Origin: Bacillota bacterium
GTDB lineage: Bacteria; Bacillota; Limnochordia; Darwinibacteriales; JAAYFS01
Assembly (NCBI GenBank): GCA_012728115.1
Contig: JAAYFS010000036.1
Coordinates: forward strand, 1,280 to 65,279
Direction of reading: 5' to 3'
DNA: 64,000 nucleotides
The position numbers were made by a program, and so were the translations under genes. How positions within the stretch are numbered: position 1 is the stretch's first letter; every line of letters begins with the position of its first letter. Shown here piece by piece: positions 17,180 through 26,675 of this stretch. The notes beneath the pieces are model-generated. The model worked only from the letters and a program-made list of their open reading frames with translations. It was not told the DNA's origin and ran no database searches.

Positions 17180-18196
17180 ATGGTCATCGTTATGAAACCG
17201 AATGCCCCCCAAAGTGAGATCCATAGGATAATCGAAAAAGTAAAAAGTTTGGGTTGTAGAATTCATGTTTCGCAAGGAGAAAACTATTGCTTACTTGGAT
17301 TGGTGGGACATACTGAAAAGATCGATCTAAGCCAGCTTCAAGCTAATGAGCATGTTGATCGCGTCATTAGAGTGCAACACCCGTTCAAATTGGTAAATCG
17401 GTTGTTTCATCCAGAAGACACAGTGCTCGATATCGAAGGTGTGAAAGTCGGTGGTGGTAACAATGTGTATATCGCTGGACCATGTGCGGTAGAAAGTGAA
17501 GAACAACTGTTGACGATCGCCACTGCCGTTAAAGAAGCTGGAGCCCACATGCTCAGAGGTGGAGCCTATAAACCTCGTACTTCCCCTTATAGTTTCCAAG
17601 GCCTTGAAGAAGAAGGTTTAAAGATTATGGAACGAGTGAAATTCGAAACTGGTTTACCGATCGTAACAGAAGTTATGTCCCCTGACACTGTAGAGATTGT
17701 TGCGAGCTATGCCGATGTTTTACAAATCGGAGCCAGAAACATGCAAAACTTTCCTCTTTTAAAGGCAGTTGGAGAGACGGACAAGCCTGTGTTACTTAAA
17801 CGGGGTTTATCCGCCACTATCGAAGAATGGCTCATGGCTGCCGAGTATATTATGGCGGAGGGAAATAAAAAAGTGATCCTTTGCGAACGTGGGATCCGAA
17901 CTTTTGAAACCTATACCCGCAATACCTTGGATTTAAGTGCAGTACCAGCCGTGAAGGAACTTAGCCACCTTCCAATCATTGTTGACCCAAGTCATGCAGC
18001 AGGAAAGTGGAGAATGGTTGAACCTTTATCCAAAGCAGCGATCGCTGTCGGAGCCGATGGTCTAATTGTTGAAGTTCACCATCAACCTGAATTAGCTGTA
18101 TCCGATGGAGCTCAATCGTTAAAGCCCGAGAAGTTCGAAAAATTAATGAAAGCAGTTAGACAAATAGCAGCGATTAATGAGGTGACCAGATGTTAA
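17180..18196 (+). CDS. aroF: 3-deoxy-7-phosphoheptulonate (DAHP) synthase, type I-beta with N-terminal ferredoxin-like/ACT regulatory domain.
   Basis: ATG at 17180 (tool used TTG 17174). The first ~90 aa form an FL regulatory domain (as in Thermotoga DAHPS). The rest is the KDO8PS-like catalytic barrel (GPCAVESEEQ, KPRTSPYSFQG, IVDPSH). Confidence 0.85.
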   Translation: MVIVMKPNAPQSEIHRIIEKVKSLGCRIHVSQGENYCLLGLVGHTEKIDLSQLQANEHVDRVIRVQHPFKLVNRLFHPEDTVLDIEGVKVGGGNNVYIAGPCAVESEEQLLTIATAVKEAGAHMLRGGAYKPRTSPYSFQGLEEEGLKIMERVKFETGLPIVTEVMSPDTVEIVASYADVLQIGARNMQNFPLLKAVGETDKPVLLKRGLSATIEEWLMAAEYIMAEGNKKVILCERGIRTFETYTRNTLDLSAVPAVKELSHLPIIVDPSHAAGKWRMVEPLSKAAIAVGADGLIVEVHHQPELAVSDGAQSLKPEKFEKLMKAVRQIAAINEVTRC

Positions 18197-19017
18197 AAAA
18201 GATCGTATATCAAGGGGTTCCAGGTTCTTTTAGTGAAGAAGCCGCTATTAAATATTTCGGTGCTAAAACAGAGCGAATATCCGTTCAGTACTTTGAAGAA
18301 GTGTTCGTTGAGGTTACTGAGGGAAACGGTGAATTTGGTGTACTCCCTTTAGCAAATTCCCTGACAGGCGGAGTATATGAAGTACTAGATTTAATTAATG
18401 TGTACAACCTCTATATTGTCGGTGAAGTATATTTACCGATTAAACATCACCTACTTGGAATTCCTGGTGCGTCTATCGAGCAAATTACTGAAGTTTATTC
18501 GCATCCACAAGGTTTTCAGCAATGTTCGCGCTTTCTAACTTCTTTTTCGCAGTGGATGAAGATTCCCTACTTCAATACAGCGATCAGTGCTCAGTATATA
18601 AAAGAACAGGCCTCACCAAATAAGGCCTGTATCGCAAGCGAACGAGCAGCAGAAATATATGGTTTACAAGTGTTAAAACCTAGTATTCAAAACAATAATC
18701 ATAACTACACTCGCTTTATTATTATCGGAAAAGAAATTCTGGAATCAGACAACAATGATAAAGTAAGCATAGTGTATTCCCTACCTCATAAAGCGGGTAG
18801 TTTGTTTCAAAGTTTGTCAATCTTTTCGGTCCACGATTTAAACCTTTTGCGTTTAGAATCAAGACCGATCCCTGATCGACCTTGGGAATTTTATTTCTAT
18901 GTTGATTTTACAGGAAATCTACTGGCTGACCGCACCAGGTTTGCTCTGGAACTACTGAAGGAAAAGACTACATATTTTAAGCTACTAGGTTGCTATAAAT
19001 CTGCAGCTATTGATTGA
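18190..19017 (+). CDS. pheA: Prephenate dehydratase with C-terminal ACT domain.
   Basis: 275 aa. PDT domain (YQGVPGSFSEEAA, TRF), ACT domain at the C-terminus. Overlaps aroF by 7 nt. Confidence 0.85.
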   Translation: MLKKIVYQGVPGSFSEEAAIKYFGAKTERISVQYFEEVFVEVTEGNGEFGVLPLANSLTGGVYEVLDLINVYNLYIVGEVYLPIKHHLLGIPGASIEQITEVYSHPQGFQQCSRFLTSFSQWMKIPYFNTAISAQYIKEQASPNKACIASERAAEIYGLQVLKPSIQNNNHNYTRFIIIGKEILESDNNDKVSIVYSLPHKAGSLFQSLSIFSVHDLNLLRLESRPIPDRPWEFYFYVDFTGNLLADRTRFALELLKEKTTYFKLLGCYKSAAID

Positions 19018-19450
19018 GTGCATCAAGCACTCTTTTTACTATTTCCTTAGCTTCAGGTAGGGACATATCCCGATAGTTTCCGCATTGAATTTCATTAGCG
19101 GCGGGTACTTCAGCCGCCGCTAATATTTTATTAAGTGAGTTCTTTAAACCTTCAGCGATCTGATTTTCACAATATTCCCCGACTAGAATCAAGTAAAATC
19201 CTGTCCGACATCCCATCGGGGAAACATCGATCACGTTTGCAAATTCTTCCCGTAAAAACCCCGCAAGCAAATGCTCGATAGCATGGACAGCTCCTGTAGG
19301 CATTATTTCTTGATTTGGTTGAGTAAACCGTAAGTCAAACTTACTGATCACGTCTCCTCTAGGAGTAAGGATCCTGCCACAGTGCCTAACAAACGGAGCT
19401 TTAACTTTTGTATGGTCAAAGGTGAAACTTTCAACGATTACATTATCCAT
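19007..19450 (-). CDS. luxS: S-ribosylhomocysteine lyase (AI-2 synthase).
   Basis: HAIEHLLAGF (HxxEH metal motif) and FDHTKVKAPFVR. Start MDNV at ~19450 preceded by GGAGGAG. The ORF as called by the tool (19480) abuts the stop of the upstream fusion gene. Confidence 0.85.
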   Translation of the reverse strand: MDNVIVESFTFDHTKVKAPFVRHCGRILTPRGDVISKFDLRFTQPNQEIMPTGAVHAIEHLLAGFLREEFANVIDVSPMGCRTGFYLILVGEYCENQIAEGLKNSLNKILAAAEVPAANEIQCGNYRDMSLPEAKEIVKRVLDALNQ

Positions 19451-19480
19451 ATTGTACTCCTCCATAAGTAGTTGCCACAA

Positions 19481-22108
19481 TTAGGCTCCGCAAGCACTCT
19501 GTCTTTCACTGATCACTTGTTGCCAAACTAAGTCATCGATTGGTCTATTAAAGCTACGAAAACCCGCTAAAATAAATCCATGTTTTTGTGCTAATTCTCG
19601 CATTTCATTTAAGTAATCGAGATTCAGATCGGCACCGATACTTGTATTTTCATAACGCTGCTCAAGACCGAGCATCATTGTTTCAGACATGCAAGCATAT
19701 GCTAGACCCTTATCGAAACCAAAATCCCAACCTAAATCAGCTTTATTTGGAGTTTCAATAACACCACCATCGATCACTAATACATCTTTCCGATTATCTA
19801 GTACTTCATCAGCAACGTTTGCTGGTCGGGAAACATCACAAACCAAAGCACCCCACTTCAAGTTGGAAGAAGTGAGCATAGCCTTTGTATTACTTGTTGC
19901 CGCTAACACTAAATCTGCTTTAGGCAACCACTTATTGAGATCTACTGTGATCTTAATTGGAAAATCTTTCTTGTCACGCAAATCTTTCACTAACTCGATC
20001 CAAGCAGTGAGCGAATCATCTTGTGTCGGTAGGTCAATTAATTTCCCGACATAATGACCAATTGCGCCTGGTGAAAATGTTACGCCTTTTTTATTCAGAT
20101 CCGAAAGATATTTAAGTATTTCAGCGGCAACCTTCAACATCCGATACTCGCTTTTTTCTGGACGTTCAGGATTACCTATTAGAATTAACTCGCTAACACT
20201 TTCAGAGAGCAATACCGCAGAGGCTTTACCGATTGCTCCGCCAGCACCAACTACAGCAGCTGTTACTTTGTTGAGATCCATTCCGAGTTTTTGTGCACCT
20301 AAAATTAACGACTCTACACACGAAACCACAGTATAAGAGTTCCCTGTCGTAATTGGAACATCAACCTTGCCTGTCAAGGATCTTCCACCCATAGTAACGA
20401 CCGAAGTATAAGCTCCTAAACCAACGATTTTTGCACCTCTTGAACGTGCTAATTCAACTGCAGCAATAATCTCCGATTGAGCTTGTTCAGATGACATTTC
20501 TACCAATTGGTCAGCGGTCCGAGGTACGACAATAAATTCGCCGTAAGCACTCTGGCCCGTCTTACTTACTATTGTGGTACTGGAAACAACAAAAGGTTCA
20601 ACCATATCATTCCAGCGGCTTGATATATCTTCTAACTGTTCATCAGTCAATACTTGTAGACTCTTATCAAATTCCGTATAGTTTTTCAGATCGAGTGGAT
20701 GAACGAGGAACGCAAACCTGCCTTCATTCGGATCATCAGATGGTTTTGCAATTTCTTTTCTGACTAATGGCTTTGGATCTTCATCGTCTGGATCTTTATA
20801 ATTCACTAAGTGACCGATTAATGCCGCTGTATTTCTATGAGCAAGCATTCTAACCGCACGCTCGATTCTGGATAATGCAGTCTCTATCTGCTCATAACTA
20901 ATGATTAATGGAGGTTCAATTCTAATTACACTAGCACCGTTTAAAGTTGGTGCAACGCGTAGATTTTCTGTATTTAGTAAGTAGCTTGAGAACAAAGGTG
21001 TCAATATTTCTTGTTCAGCCATTACCCCTAGCAAACTATCTGGATAAAGCTCGCGATCCGAACCTAAATCGATACCGATCATTAAACCGCGACCTCGAAC
21101 TTCTTTGATAATATCTGGATACTTCGCTTGGATTTTAAGCAATCCATTCTTAAGTAGTTCGCCCTTCTTTTTAACTTCTTTGATCAACTCACAGTCATTG
21201 CGAGTTAACATTTCAATCACTTTAAGACCAACGCGACAACCAATAGAATTGCCCGCAAATGTGGAGGAATGTTTATTACCGAATTCTTCTGTATATACAT
21301 CTTCGGTACATAAAACTGCTCCGATCGGTACAATTCCACCACCAAGTGCCTTGGCGAGTACCATAACATCTGGTTCTACACCTTCATCGAAACAGGCAAA
21401 CATTGTTCCTGTTCTTCCAAGTCCTGTCTGGACTTCGTCGAAGATTAATAGTGCTCCAAATTCATCACATACTTCTCTTACCGCTTTGAGATATCCTTTT
21501 GGCGGAAGAACTATACCACCCTCACCTTGGATAGGCTCGACAATAAAGGCGGCATAGTTTTCACCATTTGTCTCAAATTCCATTCGCAAAGCATTGATAT
21601 CACCAAATGGGATGTGCTTAAACCCTGTAACTGGAGCACCAAAATCCTTTTGATATCCTGTATTACCTGTAGCAGAAAGAGCACCTAAAGTTTTCCCATG
21701 GAAACTATTGGAGGTGGCGAGAATTCCGAGCTTCTTCTTTCGGGATCGAACTAATTTAATTGCTGCTTCGACTGCTTCCGCACCACTATTAGTGTATGTA
21801 ACATATTGCATATTGGCAGGAGCAATCTCAATTAACCTTTTTGCTAGTGCCCCAGCAGCCTCTAAAAAGGATGGCTGAGTAAAACTAGGTTCGAGTGAGG
21901 CCTGGATTTCGTTGATCGCCTCCCAAATTGTTGGATGATTAAAGCCAAAAGGCAGCGCTCCGTAGGCAGCGATAAAATCCAAAATCTGGTTGCCTTGATC
22001 ATCGTATAAATAACAGCCCTCACCTTTTTTGTACCTTTTGTTCATTCCAATTTCTTGCAATAACCTACCTAAGTAAGGATTGATATGTTCGACATATGGA
22101 TGCATCAT
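19481..22108 (-). CDS. Bifunctional fusion: N-terminal class-III PLP aminotransferase + C-terminal fatty acyl-ACP reductase (AAR)-like NAD(P)-dependent domain.
   Basis: N-terminal half has DEVQTGLGRTGTMFACF and Schiff-base Lys VMVLAKALGGG (class III AT). C-terminal ~400 aa aligns along its whole length with cyanobacterial acyl-ACP reductase: LGAYTSVVT~LGGFTSIIF, TTGNSYTVVSCVESLILGAQKLGMDLNKVTAAVVGAGGAIGKASAVLL~[55 protein letters not shown]~DLILTAR, VLVIDGGVIE~IYVLNGGVVE, ACMSETMMLGLE~ACFAEAMLLEFE. Start ATGATG at 22108 preceded by GGGGG. Confidence 0.75.
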   Translation of the reverse strand: MMHPYVEHINPYLGRLLQEIGMNKRYKKGEGCYLYDDQGNQILDFIAAYGALPFGFNHPTIWEAINEIQASLEPSFTQPSFLEAAGALAKRLIEIAPANMQYVTYTNSGAEAVEAAIKLVRSRKKKLGILATSNSFHGKTLGALSATGNTGYQKDFGAPVTGFKHIPFGDINALRMEFETNGENYAAFIVEPIQGEGGIVLPPKGYLKAVREVCDEFGALLIFDEVQTGLGRTGTMFACFDEGVEPDVMVLAKALGGGIVPIGAVLCTEDVYTEEFGNKHSSTFAGNSIGCRVGLKVIEMLTRNDCELIKEVKKKGELLKNGLLKIQAKYPDIIKEVRGRGLMIGIDLGSDRELYPDSLLGVMAEQEILTPLFSSYLLNTENLRVAPTLNGASVIRIEPPLIISYEQIETALSRIERAVRMLAHRNTAALIGHLVNYKDPDDEDPKPLVRKEIAKPSDDPNEGRFAFLVHPLDLKNYTEFDKSLQVLTDEQLEDISSRWNDMVEPFVVSSTTIVSKTGQSAYGEFIVVPRTADQLVEMSSEQAQSEIIAAVELARSRGAKIVGLGAYTSVVTMGGRSLTGKVDVPITTGNSYTVVSCVESLILGAQKLGMDLNKVTAAVVGAGGAIGKASAVLLSESVSELILIGNPERPEKSEYRMLKVAAEILKYLSDLNKKGVTFSPGAIGHYVGKLIDLPTQDDSLTAWIELVKDLRDKKDFPIKITVDLNKWLPKADLVLAATSNTKAMLTSSNLKWGALVCDVSRPANVADEVLDNRKDVLVIDGGVIETPNKADLGWDFGFDKGLAYACMSETMMLGLEQRYENTSIGADLNLDYLNEMRELAQKHGFILAGFRSFNRPIDDLVWQQVISERQSACGA

Positions 22109-22128
22109 ATTTCCCCCTAACATCGTTG

Positions 22129-22144
22129 AGCACAAAGTTGTGCA
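22129..22144. promoter_or_regulatory. Palindromic candidate operator at the predicted transcription start of the fusion gene.
   Basis: GCACAA-AG-TTGTGC perfect 6-2-6 inverted repeat. A third TGCACAA half-site lies just upstream of the -35 (22181-22187). Confidence 0.35.
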
Positions 22145-22151
22145 CACAGTT

Positions 22152-22180
22152 ATTATATCAATTCAGTTTGGGAAATACAA
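22152..22180 (-). promoter_or_regulatory. Putative sigma-A promoter of the fusion gene.
   Basis: Minus-strand TTGTAT (22180-22175) - 17 nt - TATAAT (22157-22152). Confidence 0.4.
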
Positions 22181-22202
22181 TGCACAAATTTGGATTAATT
22201 GT

Positions 22203-22235
22203 AAAAAAATCGCCCTATTGAGTAATCAATAGGGC
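22203..22235 (-). terminator. Intrinsic terminator after the FMN-binding protein gene.
   Basis: GCCCTATTGA-GTAA-TCAATAGGGC perfect 10-bp stem followed (minus strand) by T7. Confidence 0.7.
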
Positions 22236-22255
22236 TCGGAAATATCACAAAAATC

Positions 22256-22657
22256 TTACAAAACTCCTGTTAAGGCATTATTTACTGCCTCAATGATAGC
22301 TTTACTAGTAAATGTTGCATTCGTAACAACATCAACTCCATCGGTGCCTTGGTTTTCGATAATTCGAGTTGGAATTTGTTCAAATGCTGGATCAGAAACG
22401 CCTGGAGTTTCATTATGCTCTAAGATATTGATTTTAACGATTTCTCCATTATCAACAAGTACTTCAAGTTTAACTGGACCGATAAATCCTTTTGCTTCAC
22501 CAATGTATTTTTGTGCACCTGCGGTTTTTAAAGCAGGATCGTTAATTTGAATTGCCAATCCAATCGCAAGCCCAATTATTACGCCAAGCAAGATAAGTGA
22601 AATAACAGTTGTAGTTTTGTAGAACATTTCTCTCCTCCTATTAAGGGTATTAATCAA
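22256..22657 (-). CDS. Membrane-anchored FMN-binding domain protein.
   Basis: 133 aa with an N-terminal TM helix and a C-terminal FMN_bind-type motif (TGATFTSKAIIEAVNNAL). Confidence 0.6.
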   Translation of the reverse strand: MINTLNRRREMFYKTTTVISLILLGVIIGLAIGLAIQINDPALKTAGAQKYIGEAKGFIGPVKLEVLVDNGEIVKINILEHNETPGVSDPAFEQIPTRIIENQGTDGVDVVTNATFTSKAIIEAVNNALTGVL

Positions 22658-22693
22658 TAGATCTTTATTCGGTAGTTAGTTGCTATCTCCTTC

Positions 22694-23560
22694 TCAAATC
22701 ACTAGACAAAAAATCCAAATCGAGCCGAAAACTGCATGAAGTTTTGCGGTCTGGATATCTATGTCATAAAAAATTTGAGATTTGCATCTCCTGATGTTCA
22801 TTAAAGCGACAGGGATGGTAAGGAATACTAATCCAGTGATTATCGGAACTAGTTTCATTAAAATCAGCCAAAAAACCGCGATATATGTTGCGCATAGAAA
22901 GGCCGAATAAAGACAAACCCCTTTTCCCAAACCCATTAGTTTAGCGATCGTGATTATTTTTATATCTGTTTCAATATCACGTAAATCATTTCCGTGAAGA
23001 ATCGCTGTTACTAGAAATGCAATGGGTAGTGAAGTCCATAAAAGCATTGATGAAAACTCGCCTGTAAGTGCATAATACACAGCTTGACTAAGAACAGGAC
23101 CAAATAAAAGGAACACAACAAATAAACCTAGTCCACGATACTTTAGTTCGCATGGTGGAGCGGTGTAATAATATGCACCCGAGATCCCTACCGCGCTAAA
23201 GACTATCACCCAATAACGTTGATAGACAACTGCAAAAGCGATTGACATCAGGAAAAACAAAACCATAACACTTTGTCCAACATGCAAAGCCAGTTTCGGA
23301 GAGATCCTGCCTTCAATCAGGACTTGACTCGCCGCTAGCACATCAGGTTGGTCTATTCCATTCGTACAATCAAAGAATTCATTTAATATATTTGATGCAC
23401 AATGGAGCAACAAAACGCAAAAAAGAATTGAAATAAAGAGCGCATCGCTAAAATTTCCATTTAAGTATGCCGTAATGCCACCAAGAAATACTGGAACAAT
23501 TGATGCGCTCCAAGAAAACGGACGTGAAATTTCTAACCAATTCTTTAATCCATTCATCAA
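22694..23560 (-). CDS. UbiA-family aromatic prenyltransferase (MenA/UbiA-like).
   Basis: 288 aa, 8-9 TM segments. Asp-rich motifs NEFFDCTNGID and RDIETD. Confidence 0.65.
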   Translation of the reverse strand: MMNGLKNWLEISRPFSWSASIVPVFLGGITAYLNGNFSDALFISILFCVLLLHCASNILNEFFDCTNGIDQPDVLAASQVLIEGRISPKLALHVGQSVMVLFFLMSIAFAVVYQRYWVIVFSAVGISGAYYYTAPPCELKYRGLGLFVVFLLFGPVLSQAVYYALTGEFSSMLLWTSLPIAFLVTAILHGNDLRDIETDIKIITIAKLMGLGKGVCLYSAFLCATYIAVFWLILMKLVPIITGLVFLTIPVALMNIRRCKSQIFYDIDIQTAKLHAVFGSIWIFCLVI

Positions 23561-23622
23561 ATCGCCGACTCCTTGAGAAAAAAGTCATTTCATTTTAATG
23601 TACCCAAGGATGTACGATTTAT

Positions 23623-24987
23623 TTAAAACTCAAAAAAACCTTCCCGAATTACTTCGCACACCGTCGGGTGTGGGAACACTAACTTCTTAATATCTTCCAA
23701 CTTCATCTTAGTATCAACCAAGATTCCAGCCCCATAAATGATCTCTGATGTATAACTTCCGATCATATGGACACCAACAATTGTTTGGGTTTCTTTATTC
23801 AAAAGAATCTTGCAGATTCCATCTCCGCCTTCGTTTTCAGCCATGTAACGACCACTATAACGCATTGAAATAGTGATTGAATCAACATCAATACCTGCTT
23901 CTTTGGCACTTTGTTCGGTGTGTCCTACGGATGCTACTTCTGGATTGGTGTAAATCACATTGGGAATTGCATCGTAATTAACTTCATCGACGTCGCCCAA
24001 TATCGTGTTTACTACTACTTCCGCTTCGCGATACGCTGTATGAGCTAGCATCGAACGACCATTAACATCGCCAGCTGCATAAACATTAGGTACATTTGTT
24101 CGTCCTGAGCCATCAACTATGATTGCACCATTTTGTACTTCTACCCCAATCGTTTCTAAACCAAGGCCATTAACTACTGGCTTTCTACCAGTACTGATTA
24201 ATACTTTATCCGTTTCGACAGAAACGGTTTCTCCATCCACCTGATAAATGACTTTTGAATCCTCGATACCAGTGACTCTTGAGTTGAGGTGGAAGGTAAT
24301 CCCCGCTTTTTGATAGTTCTTCAAAAGAATATTTGAGATATCTGCATCTATATAACCGCCAACATGGTCCAACATTTCAATAACGGTTACTTTACTACCA
24401 GCCGAGTTAAAATACGAGGCCATTTCTAAACCGATTACTCCACCGCCGATAATTACCAGTTTTTCTGGGATCTCTTCAATATCAAGAATTTCTCGATTTG
24501 TAAGTACAAAGCCGCTTTCTAAGCCTTCTTTTAGTCCTGGAATAGGTGGAATAGCAGGTAATGAACCAGTGGCAATCAATAGATTGGTTCCAGAATATAC
24601 ATTACCATCAACACTAACGTTAATTCCATTCTCATCCCGTCCTTGAATTTCAGCTTCCCCTTCAAGAACATCTACTTCATTTTTCTTTAGTTTGCTTTTG
24701 ATACCAGATACCAACATTCTAACGATCTTATTCTTCCGTTTAAGCACTGTCGCATGATCGAAACTTACTTTTTCGGATTTGACTCCATATTTTTCACTAA
24801 ACCGCGCATAATCATAAATTTTGGCTGAATGGAGCAAAGTTTTCGATGGGATACAACCTTCATTTAAACATACTCCGCCCAAAGCACGCTTCTCAATTAC
24901 CAAGGTTTTTAATTTAGCTTGCCCAGCTCGCTCAGCCGCTAGGTAACCCGCTGGACCTCCACCGATAACTATTAAATCGTAACTCAA
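23623..24987 (-). CDS. lpdA: Dihydrolipoyl dehydrogenase (E3).
   Basis: [13 protein letters not shown] motif, redox disulfide [14 protein letters not shown]-terminal HPT..E dimerisation motif. Confidence 0.9.
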   Translation of the reverse strand: MSYDLIVIGGGPAGYLAAERAGQAKLKTLVIEKRALGGVCLNEGCIPSKTLLHSAKIYDYARFSEKYGVKSEKVSFDHATVLKRKNKIVRMLVSGIKSKLKKNEVDVLEGEAEIQGRDENGINVSVDGNVYSGTNLLIATGSLPAIPPIPGLKEGLESGFVLTNREILDIEEIPEKLVIIGGGVIGLEMASYFNSAGSKVTVIEMLDHVGGYIDADISNILLKNYQKAGITFHLNSRVTGIEDSKVIYQVDGETVSVETDKVLISTGRKPVVNGLGLETIGVEVQNGAIIVDGSGRTNVPNVYAAGDVNGRSMLAHTAYREAEVVVNTILGDVDEVNYDAIPNVIYTNPEVASVGHTEQSAKEAGIDVDSITISMRYSGRYMAENEGGDGICKILLNKETQTIVGVHMIGSYTSEIIYGAGILVDTKMKLEDIKKLVFPHPTVCEVIREGFFEF

Positions 24988-25868
24988 TCCATCTCCTCCT
25001 TTGTATTTAAAAGTTTTTCAGAAACTTTTTCTGCATGATACGAACTTCGAACAAGTGGTGCACTGGCTACATATTTAAAGCCGTATTCCTCACCTACTTT
25101 TTTGTAGTACTCGAACTCTTCAGGTGAAACATATTCGATTACAGGGTGGTGTTTTGCGGACGGAGCAAGATATTGCCCGATCGTCATTAAATCACAATCC
25201 ACAGCCCGTAAATCTTTCAGGGTTTGTAATACTTCCTCTTTTTGTTCTCCAAGCCCCAAAATAATCCCAGATTTCGTATGAATAGAAGAGTCCAATTCCT
25301 TTACACGGGCTAGAAGTTCTAAAGATCGTTCGTAAATTGCTTGTGGCCTTACTTTCGGATACAAACGCGGAACGGTTTCCACATTATGGTTAATAATCTC
25401 AGGTTTAGCGGCTGCTACTGTCTGAAGAGCTGCTAAAGATCCATTAAAATCAGGAATTAATACTTCTACGATAATGCTACTATCCATATCTTTTATCGCT
25501 CGGATCACCTTCGCAAATTGGGAGGCCCCGCCGTCCTCAAGATCATCTCTTGATACTGAAGTGATCACAACGTGTTTAAGTTTTAATTGGGCGACTGCTT
25601 GAGCGACATGTTCTGGTTCGAGTGGATCCACTGCTAAGGGAGTGGACTGGTTCTTTTCTACATTACAAAAAGTACATTTCCTGGTACAAATTCTTCCTAG
25701 AATCATAAATGTAGCGGTCCTCTTTCCGAAACACTCTACTATATTGGGGCATTTTGCTTCTTGGCATACCGTATGTAAAGAGAGTTTGTTTAGCATCTCT
25801 TTGACCTCAAGGGAGTGTTCGTTTGAGCGATATCCAACTCTCAGCCAACTAGGTTTTCGCTTATACAT
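24984..25868 (-). CDS. lipA: Lipoyl synthase (radical SAM).
   Basis: CPN..EC auxiliary cluster motif and [10 protein letters not shown] radical-SAM CxxxCxxC. 4-nt overlap with lpd. Confidence 0.9.
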   Translation of the reverse strand: MYKRKPSWLRVGYRSNEHSLEVKEMLNKLSLHTVCQEAKCPNIVECFGKRTATFMILGRICTRKCTFCNVEKNQSTPLAVDPLEPEHVAQAVAQLKLKHVVITSVSRDDLEDGGASQFAKVIRAIKDMDSSIIVEVLIPDFNGSLAALQTVAAAKPEIINHNVETVPRLYPKVRPQAIYERSLELLARVKELDSSIHTKSGIILGLGEQKEEVLQTLKDLRAVDCDLMTIGQYLAPSAKHHPVIEYVSPEEFEYYKKVGEEYGFKYVASAPLVRSSYHAEKVSEKLLNTKEEMD

Positions 25869-26563
25869 TGGTCAGTAACTCCTTTCTCTTTGAATAGACT
25901 GGCTAGTTCATCAACCGTTAGCCATTGTGGTATTAAATCAAAGACCTCACAAAATTTTTGACTGAGTTTAAGCATCACTGCCTTGAGATCTTGCTTTTGT
26001 CCAAGCAGTTTCTCAAGTGAAGTTGTTCCTCGGTCGGTTATTCCACATGGAGTAATCCAATTAAAGTGCGTTAAGTTGGTATTTACATTCAAGGCAAATC
26101 CATGCATACTAACCCAGCGTTTGATAGCAAAACCGATCGCTGTAATTTTGTCATTCCCAACCCAAACTCCAGTATACTGCGGGTCTCTTACAGCTTCAAT
26201 ACTATAATCTTTAAGAAGTTGGATAAACACTTCTTCTATATTGAAAATAAATTTTCGCACACTCTTTCCATGTAGTTTTAGATCCATGATCGGATAACCA
26301 ACTATTTGACCAGGACCATGGTATGTAACATCGCCTCCCCGATTTGTGGTCACCAATGACGCACCTAGAGCTTTAAGCTGTTGTTGGGTTAGATGAACAT
26401 GTGAAGTCTGACCACGCTTCCCCATTGTTATAACAGGTGGATGTTCAAGTAAGAGAAGAATATCATCGATAGCATTTTCTTGCCTAAGTTCCAAAAGAAT
26501 TTCCTGTAGTCTAAACGCAACGTTATATTCAATTAGTCCTAAAGATACAATTTGCAAATTCAT
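25841..26563 (-). CDS. lipB: Octanoyltransferase (lipoyl(octanoyl) transferase) LipB.
   Basis: 240 aa. [14 protein letters not shown], the LipB signature around the catalytic region. Confidence 0.8.
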   Translation of the reverse strand: MNLQIVSLGLIEYNVAFRLQEILLELRQENAIDDILLLLEHPPVITMGKRGQTSHVHLTQQQLKALGASLVTTNRGGDVTYHGPGQIVGYPIMDLKLHGKSVRKFIFNIEEVFIQLLKDYSIEAVRDPQYTGVWVGNDKITAIGFAIKRWVSMHGFALNVNTNLTHFNWITPCGITDRGTTSLEKLLGQKQDLKAVMLKLSQKFCEVFDLIPQWLTVDELASLFKEKGVTDQCISENLVG

Positions 26564-26675
26564 TTATCCATGCCCCTCTATAAAAACGGAAGTCCACATG
26601 ATATAATGATCATAACGTGTTTTCCTAAATGTTATTTTAATCATAAGAAAAAGTAAATGCAAGGAGATAGTACAT

